Assembly (NCBI GenBank): GCA_043228905.1
Contig: JBHGNT010000093.1
Span: 1-64,000 of the forward strand
Source: Azolla caroliniana
Lineage: Eukaryota > Plantae > Polypodiophyta
Length of the DNA stretch: 64,000 bases
Direction: 5' to 3'
The notes under the pieces are model-generated. The model saw only the letters and a program-made list of their open reading frames with translations. It had not been told where the DNA came from and did no database searches. Positions within the stretch are counted from its first letter, which is position 1. Each line of letters starts with the position of its first letter. The translations under genes were made by a program, and so were the position numbers. This document shows, one piece after another, positions 55,301 to 64,000 of this stretch.

Positions 55301-58300
55301 AGTTTCAAAATCTTGATTTTTTAATTCCATATCATAGCTAGCGTTGTTAGCTTCGAATCGCATGTTTGAACACAAAAATCCGATATCACACGCGCCAGGT
55401 ATGAACATTTTCATTTACCTGTTCGCTTCGTTTCGCATGTTTTCATTTACTCAAGGGCTCCTCTCAACTCACTACTCAAATTCGGTAATTTCGTCATGTC
55501 TCTCGACCTGAGTTTCAAAATCTTCATTTTTTAATTCCATATCATAGCTAGTGTGGTTAACTTCGTTTCGCATGTTTGAACACAAAAATCCGATATCACA
55601 CGAGCCAGGTATGAACATTTTCATTTACCTACTAGCTCTTCTCAACTCACTCCTCAAATTTGGTAATTTCGTCATGTCTCTCGACCTGAGTTTCAAAATC
55701 TTGATTTCTTAATTCCATATCATAACTAGCGTTGTTAGCTTCGAATCGCATGTTTGAACACAAAAATCCGATATCACACGCGCCAGGTATGAACATTTTC
55801 ATTTACCTGTTCGCTTCGTTTCGCATGTTTTCATTTACTCAAGGGCTCCTCTCAACTCACTACTCAAATTCGGTAATTTCGTCATGTCGCTCGACCTGAG
55901 TTTCAAAATCTTCATTTTTTAATTCCATATCATAGCTAGCGTTGTTAACTTCGTTTCGCATGTTTGAACACAAAAATCCGATATCACACGAGCCAGGTAT
56001 GAACATTTTCATTTACCTACTAGCTCTTCTCAACTCACTCCTCAAATTTGGTAATTTCGTCATGTCTCTCGACCTGAGTTTCGAAATCTTGATTTTTTAA
56101 TTCTATATCATAGCTATCTTTGTTTGCTTCGATTCGCATGTTTGAACACAAAAATCCGATATCACACGAGCCAGGTAGGAACATTTTCATTTCCGAACGG
56201 GCTCTTCTCCACTCCCTCCTCTAATTTGCTAATTTATTCATGTCTCTCGACCTGAGTTTCAAAATCTTGATTTTTTAATTCCATATCATCGCTAGCGATG
56301 TTAGCTTCGATTCGCATGTTTGAACACAAATATCCGACATCACGCAAGCCAGGTATGAACATTTTAATTTACTCAAGGGCTCCTCTCAATTCACTCCTCA
56401 AATTTGGTAATTTCATCATGTCTCTCGACCTGAGTCTCAAAATCTTGATTTTTTAATTCCATATCATAGCTAGCGTTGTTAGCTTCGATTCGCATGTTTG
56501 AACACAAAAACCCGATATCACCCGAGCCAGGTATGAACATTTTGATTCACTCAAGGGCTCCTCTCAACTCCATCCTCATGTTTGCTAATTTCGTCATGTC
56601 TCTTGACCTGAGTTTCAAAATCTTGATTTTTTAATTCCATATTATAGCTAACGTTGTTAGCTTCGATTCACATGTTTGAACACAAAAATCCGATATCACC
56701 CGAGCCAGGTATGAACATTTTGATTCACTCAAGGGCTCCTCTAACCTCCATCCTCATGTTTGCTAATTTCGTCATGTCTCTTGACCTGAGTTTCAAAATC
56801 TTGATTTTTTAATTCCATATTATAGCTAACGTTGTTAGCTTCGATTCACATGTTTGAACACAAAAATCCGATATCACACGAGCCAGGTATGAATATTTTA
56901 ATTTAGCTACTAGCTCTTCTCAACTCACTCCTCAAATTTGGTAATTTCGTCATGTCTCTCGACCTGAGTTTCAAAATCTTGATTTTTTAATTCGATATTA
57001 TAGCTACCGTTGTTAGCTTCGATTCGCATGTTTGAACACAAAAATCCAATATCACACGAGCCAGGTATGAACATTTTCATTTACTCAAGGGCTCCTCTCA
57101 ACTCACTCCTCATGTTTGCGAATTTCGTCATGTCTCTCGACCTGAGTTTGAAAATCTTGATTTTTTAATTCCATATAATAGCTAGCGTTGTTAGCTTCGA
57201 ATCGCATGTTTGAACACAAAAATCCGATATAACAGGTAGGAACATTTTCATTTCCGAACGGGCTCTTCTCCACTCCCTCCTCTAATTTACTAATTTATTC
57301 ATGTCTCTCGACCTGAGTTTCAAAATCTCGATTTTTTAATTCCATATTATAGCTAGCTTTGTTAGCTTCGATTCGCATGTTTGAACACAAAAATCCGATA
57401 TCACACGAGCCAGGCATGAACAGTTTAATTTACTCACGGGCTCTTCTCCACTCCCTCCTCTAATTTGCTAATTTCTTCATGTCACTCGACCTGACTTTCA
57501 AAATCTTGATTTTTTAATTCCATATCATCGCTAGCGATGTTAGCTTCGATTCGCATGTTTGAACACAAATATCCGACATCACGCAAGCCAGGTATGAACA
57601 TTTTAATTTACTCAAGGGCTCCTCTCAATTCACTCCTCAAATTTGGTAATTTCATCATGTCTCTCGACCTGAGTTTCAAAATCTTGATTTTTTAATTCCA
57701 TATCATAGCTAGCGTTGTTAGCTTCGATTCGCATGTTTGAACACAAAAATCCGATATTACACGAGCCAGGTATGAACATTTTCATTTACTCAAGGGCTCC
57801 TCTCAACTCACTCCTCATGTTTGCTAATTTCGTCATGTTTCTCGACCTGAGTTTCGAAATCTTGATTTTTTAATTCCATATCATAGCTAGCGTTGTTAGC
57901 TTCGAATCGCATGTTTGAACACAAAAGTCCGATATCACACGAGCCAGGTATGAACATTTTCATTTACTCAAGGGCTCCTCTCAACTCACTACTCATGTTT
58001 GCTAATTTCGTCATGTCTCTCGACCTGAGTTTCAAAATCTTGATTTTTTGATTCCATATCATAGCTAGCGTTGTTAGGTTCGTTTCGCATGTTTGAACAT
58101 AAAAATCCGATATCACACGAGCCAGGTATGAACATTTAAATTTACTCACGGGCTCCTCTCAACTCACTACTCATGTTTGCTAGTTTCGTCATGTCTCTCG
58201 ACCTGAGTTTCAAAATCTTGATTTCTTAATTCCATATCATAACTAGCGTTGTTAGCTTCGAATCGCATGTTTGAACACAAAAATCCGATATCACACGCGC

Positions 58301-59065
58301 CAGGTATGAACATTTTCATTTACCTGTTCGCTTCGTTTCGCATGTTTTCATTTACTCAAGGGCTCCTCTCAACTCACTACTCAAATTCGGTAATTTCGTC
58401 ATGTCTCTCGACCTGAGTTTCAAAATCTTCATTTTTTAATTCCATATCATAGCTAGCGTTGTTAACTTCGTTTCGCATGTTTGAACACAAAAATCCGATA
58501 TCACACGAGCCAGGTATGAACATTTTCATTTACCTACTAGCTCTTCTCAACTCACTCCTCAAATTTGGTAATTTCGTCATGTCTCTCGACCTGAGTTTCG
58601 AAATCTTGATTTTTTAATTCTATATCATAGCTATCTTTGTTTGCTTCGATTCGCATGTTTGAACACAAAAATCCGATATCACACGAGCCAGGTAGGAACA
58701 TTTTCATTTCCGAACGGGCTCTTCTCCACTCCCTCCTCTAATTTGCTAATTTATTCATGTCTCTCGACCTGAGTTTCAAAATCTTGATTTTTTAATTCCA
58801 TATTATAGCTAGCTTTGTTAGCTTCGATTCGTATGTTTGAACACAAAAATCCGATATCACACGAGCCAGGCATGAACATTTTAATTTACTCACGGGCTCT
58901 TCTCCACTCCCTCCTCTAATTTGCTAATTTCTTCATGTCACTCGACCTGAGTTTCAAAATCTTGATTTTTTAATTCCATATCATCGCTAGCGATGTTAGC
59001 TTCGATTCGCATGTTTGAACACAAATATCCGACATCACACGAGCCAGGTATGAACATTTTAATTT

Positions 59066-60133
59066 ACTCAAGGGCTCCTCTCAATTCCCTCCTCAAATTT
59101 GGTAATTTCATCATGTCTCTCGACCTGAGTTTCAAAATCTTGATTTTTTAATTCTATATCATAGCTAGCTTTGTTTGCTTCGATTCGCATGTTTGAACAC
59201 AAAAATCCGATATCACACGAGCCAGGTATGAACATTTTCATTTACTCAAGGGCTCCTCTCAACTCACTCCTCATGTTTGCTAATTTCGTCATGTCTCTCG
59301 ACCTGAGTTTCAAAATCATGATTTTTTAATTCCATATCATAGCTAGCGTTGTTAGCTTCGAATCGCATGTTTGAACACAAAAGTCCGATATCACACGAGC
59401 CAGGTATGAACATTTTAATTTACTCAAGGGCTCCTCTCAATTCCCTCCTCAAATTTGGTAATTTAATCATGTCTCTCGACCTGAGTTTCAAAATCTTGAT
59501 TTTTTAATTCTATATCATAGCTAGCTTTGTTTGCTTCGATTCGCATGTTTGAACACAAAAATCCGATATCACACGAGCCAGGTATGAACATTTTCATTTA
59601 CTCAAGGGCTCCTCTCAACTCACTCCTCATGTTTGCTAATTTCGTCATGTCTCTCGACCTGAGTTTCAAAATCATGATTTTTTAATTCCATATCATAGCT
59701 AGCGTTGTTAGCTTCGAATCGCATGTTTGAACACAAAAGTCCGATATCACACGAGCCAGGTATGAACATTTTAATTTACTCAAGGGCTCCTCTCAATTCC
59801 CTCCTCAAATTTGGTAATTTAATCATGTCTCTCGACCTGAGTTTCAAAATCTTGATTTTTTAATTCTATATCATAGCTAGCTTTGTTTGCTTCGATTCGC
59901 ATGTTTGAACACAAAAGTCCGATATCACACGAGCCAGGTATGAACATTTTCATTTACTCAAGGGCTCCTCTCAACTCACTCCTCATGTTTGCTAATTTCG
60001 TCATGTCTCTCGACCTGAGTTTCAAAATCATGATTTTTTAATTCCATATCATAGCTAGCGTTGTTAGCTTCGAATCGCATGTTTGAACACAAAAGTCCGA
60101 TATCACACGACCCAGGTATGAACATTTTCATTT
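59066..60133 (+). repeat. Dimer (356 bp) triplication
   Basis: AAAATCATGATTTT at 59312, 59668 and 60024, alternating with CTCAATTCCCTCC..CTTTGTTTGC monomers. Confidence 0.9.
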
Positions 60134-63100
60134 ACTCAAGGGCTCCTCTCAACTCACTACTCATGTTTGCTAATTTCGTCATGTCTCTCGACCTGAGTTT
60201 CAAAATCTTGATTTTTTAATTCCATATCATAGCTAGCGTTGTTAGGTTCGTTTCGCATGTTTGAACATAAAAATCCGATATCACACGAGCCAGGTATGAA
60301 CATTTAAATTTACTCACGGGCTCCTCTCAACTCACTACTCATGTTTGCTAGTTTCGTCATGTCTCTCGACCTGAGTTTCAAAATCTTGATTTCTTAATTC
60401 CATATCATAACTAGCGTTGTTAGCTTCGAATCGCATGTTTGAACACAAAAATCCGATATCACACGCGCCAGGTATGAACATTTTCATTTACCTGTTCGCT
60501 TCGTTTCGCATGTTTTCATTTACTCAAGGGCTCCTCTCAACTCACTACTCAAATTCGGTAATTTCGTCATGTCTCTCGACCTGAGTTTCAAAATCTTCAT
60601 TTTTTAATTCCATATCATAGCTAGCGTTGTTAACTTCGTTTCGCATGTTTGAACACAAAAATCCGATATCACACGAGCCAGGTATGAACATTTTCATTTA
60701 CCTACTAGCTCTTCTCAACTCACTCCTCAAATTTGGTAATTTCGTCATGTCTCTCGACCTGAGTTTCGAAATCTTGATTTTTTAATTCTATATCATAGCT
60801 ATCTTTGTTTGCTTCGATTCGCATGTTTGAACACAAAAATCCGATATCACACGAGCCAGGTAGGAACATTTTCATTTCTGAACGGGCTCTTCTCCACTCC
60901 CTCCTCTAATTTGCTAATTTATTCATGTCTCTCGACCTGAGTTTCAAAATCTTGATTTTTTAATTCCATATTATAGCTAGCTTTGTTAGCTTCGATTCGC
61001 ATGTTTGAACACAAAAATCCGATATCACACGAGCCAGGCATGAACATTTTAATTTACTCACGGGCTCTTCTCCACTCCCTCCTCTAATTTGCTAATTTCT
61101 TCATGTCACTCGACCTGAGTTTCAAAATCTTGATTTTTTAATTCCATATCATCGCTAGCGATGTTAGCTTCGATTCGTACGTTTGAACACAAATATCCGA
61201 CATCGCACGAGCCAGGTATGAACATTTTAATTTACTCAAGGGCTCCTCCCAATTCCCTCCTCAAATTTGGTAATTTCATCATGTCTCTCGACCTGAGTTT
61301 CAAAATCTTGATTTTTTAATTCTATATCATAGCTAGCTTTGTTTGCTTCGATTCGCATGTTTGAACACAAAAATCCGGTATCACACGAGCCAGGTATGAA
61401 CATTTTCATTTACTCAAGGGCTCCTCTCAACTCACTCCTCATGTTTGCTAATTTCGTCATGTCTCTCGACCTGAGTTTCAAAATCATGATTTTTTAATTC
61501 CATATCATAGCTAGCGTTGTTAGCTTCGAATCGCATGTTTGAACACAAAAGTCCGATATCACACGAGCCAGGTATGAACATTTTCATTTACTCAAGGGCT
61601 CCTCTCAACTCACTACTCATGTTTGCTAATTTCGTCATGTCTCTCGACCTGAGTTTCAAAATCTTGATTTTTTAATTCCATATCATAGCTAGCGTTGTTA
61701 GGTTCGTTTCGCATGTTTGAACACAAAAATCCGATATCACACGAGCCAGGTATGAACATTTAAATTTACTCACGGGCTCCTCTCAACTCACTACTCATGT
61801 TTGCTAGTTTCGTCATGTCTCTCGACCTGAGTTTCAAAATCTTGATTTCTTAATTCCATATCATAACTAGCGTTGTTAGCTTCGAATCGCATGTTTGAAC
61901 ACAGAAATCCGATATCACACGCGCCAGGTATGAACATTTTCATTTACCTGTTCGCTTCGTTTCGCATGTTTTCATTTACTCAAGGGCTCCTCTCAACTCA
62001 CTACTCAAATTCGGTAATTTCGTCATGTCTCTCGACCTGAGTTTCAAAATCTTCATTTTTTAATTCCATATCATAGCTAGCGTTGTTAGGTTCGTTTCGT
62101 ATGTTTGAACACAAAAATCCGATATCACACGAGCCAGGTATGAACATTTTCATTTACCTACTAGCTCTTCTCAACTCACTCCTCAAATTTGGTAATTTCG
62201 TCATGTCTCTCGACCTGAGTTTCGAAATCTTGATTTTTTAATTCTATATCATAGCTATCTTTGTTTGCTTCGATTTGCATGTTTGAACACAAAAATCCGA
62301 TATCACACGAGCCAGGCATGAACATTTTAATTTACTCACGGGCTCTTCTCCACTCCCTCCTCTAATTTGCTAATTTCTTCATGTCACTCGACCTGAATTT
62401 CAAAATCTTGATTTTTTAATTCCATATCATCGCTAGCGATGTTAGCTTCGATTCGCATGATTGAACACAATAATCCGATATCACACGAGCCAGGTATGAA
62501 CATTTTAATTTACTCACGGCCTCTTCTCCACTCCCTCCTCAAATTTGCTAATTTCATCATGTCTCTCGACCTGAGTTTCAAAATCTTGATTTTTTAATTC
62601 CATATCATAGCTAGCGTTGTTAGCTTCGATGCGCATGTTTGAACACAAAAATCCGATATCACCCGAGCCAGGTATGAACATTTTGATTCACTCAAGGGCT
62701 CCTCTCAACTCCCTCCTCATGTTTCCTAATTTCGTTATGTCTCTCGACCTGAGTTTTAAAATATTGATTTTTTAATTCTATATCATAGCTACCGTTGTCA
62801 GCTTCGAATCGCATGTTTGAACACAAAAATCCGATATCACACGAGCCAGGTATGAACATTTTCATTTACTCACAGGCTCCTCTCAACTCACTACTCACAT
62901 TTGTTCATTTCGTCATGTCTCTCGACCTGAGTTTCAAAATCTTGATTTTTTAATTCCATGTCATAGGTACCGTTGTTAGCTTCGATTCGCATGTTTGAAC
63001 ATAAAAATCCGATATCACACGAGCCAGGTATGAACATTTTTATTAACCCAGTAGCTCTTCTCAACCCACTCCTCATGTTTGCTAATTTCGTCATGTCTCT

Positions 63101-64000
63101 CGACCTGAGTTTCAAAATCATGATTTTTTAATTCCATATAATAGCTAGCGTTGTTAGCTTCGAATCGCATGTTTGAACACAAAAGTCCGATATCACACGA
63201 GCCAGGTATGAACATTTTCATTTACTCAAGGGCTCCTCTCAACTCACTACTCATGTTTGTTAATTTCGTCATGTCTCTCGACCTGAGTTTCAAAATCTTG
63301 ATTTTTTAATTCCATATCATAGCTAGCTTTGTTAGCTTCGATTCGCATGTTTGAACATAAAAATCCGATCTCACACGAGCCAGGTATGAACATTTTTATT
63401 TACCTACTAGCTCTTCTCAACCCACTACTCAAATTTGGTAATTTCGTCATGTCTCTCGACCTGAGTTTCAAAATCTTGATTTTTTAATTCGATATCATAG
63501 CTAGCGTTGTTAGCTTCAATTCGCATGTTTGAACACAAAAATCCGATATCACACGAGCCAGGTATGAATATTTTAATTTACCTACTAGCTCTTCTCAACT
63601 CACTCCTCAAATTTGGTAATTTCGTCATGTCTCTCGACCTGAGTTTCAAAATCTTGATTTTTTAATTCCATATTATAGCTACCGTTGTTAGCTTCGATCC
63701 GCATGTTTGAACACAAAAATCCGATATTACACGAGCCAGGTATGAACATTTTCATTTACTCAAGGGCTCCTCTCAACTCACTCCTCATGTTTGCTAATTT
63801 CGTCATGTCTCTCGACCTGAGTTTCAAAATCTTGATTTTTTAATTCCATATCATAGCTAGCGTTGTTAGCTTCGAATCGCATGTTTGAACACAAAAGTCC
63901 GATATCACACGAGCCAGGTATGAACATTTTCATTTACTCAAGGGCTCCTCTCAACTCACTACTCATGTTTGCTAATTTAGTCATGTCTCTCGACCTGAGT

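Larger units (their letters stand above)
1..64000 (+). repeat. Tandem satellite DNA array, 178-bp monomer, about 359 head-to-tail copies in one orientation, running off both window ends
   Basis: The ACTCAAGGG-type monomer start recurs at 1, 179, 356, 534 and so on to the window end. Consensus-like monomer 5511-5688 has 69/178 GC by hand count. Most monomers carry NheI (GCTAGC) and EcoRV (GATATC) sites. No non-satellite sequence was seen. Confidence 0.99.
51560..64000 (+). repeat. Diverged satellite subfamily domain with an irregular HOR (shortest complete unit 8 monomers, 1456 bp) that includes a 210-bp monomer
   Basis: Domain-private variants include TTTACCTACTAGCTC, TTCCGAACGGG, CTCTAATTTG, CTTTGTTTGC and CATCGCTAGCGATG. 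Spacings between 32-bp inserts include 1805, 210, 388, 2517, 2168 and 1456, each equal to n x 178 + 32, minus 7 where the 7-bp deletion intervenes. Confidence 0.92.

Noticed and set aside
57964-63221. Three 61-76 aa minus-strand ORFs (57964, 62891, 63015)
   Set aside because: They are alternative-frame readings of the same monomer with shared peptide fragments and no sign of coding constraint.
1-64000. CRISPR-like or integron-cassette-like array (conserved part alternating with variable part)
   Set aside because: The variable segments are homologous alleles differing by a few SNPs, not unique spacers or cargo, and no cas or integrase gene is present.
1-64000. Inversions or transposon insertions
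   Set aside because: No reverse-orientation monomer or foreign sequence was seen, and marker offsets are accounted for by n x 178 plus known indels.

Overview
The whole 64 kb window is one uninterrupted, single-orientation tandem satellite array: about 359 monomers of a 178-bp unit at about 39% GC (consensus-like copy at 5511-5688). It looks like eukaryotic centromeric or heterochromatic satellite. I do not recognise the family, and it does not match Arabidopsis CEN178, Brassica CentBr or primate alpha satellite as I remember them. I found no credible genes, RNA genes, transposon insertions or CRISPR arrays; the five short ORFs are chance read-throughs of the monomer. The structure is in the variants. 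(i) The monomer holds a gapless degenerate dyad of 56+9+56 = 121 bp next to a 57-bp variable segment. (ii) Nested higher-order repeats and block duplications occur at offsets of 2, 3, 4, 5, 6, 8, 9, 12, 14, 17, 34, 43 and 87 monomers. (iii) Four layered subfamily domains are visible, with a sharp chimeric junction near 51560 into a more diverged domain. (iv) That domain carries eight copies of a 32-bp insert that looks like a doubly deleted monomer. All offsets were counted by hand from marker variants, and block boundaries are approximate.
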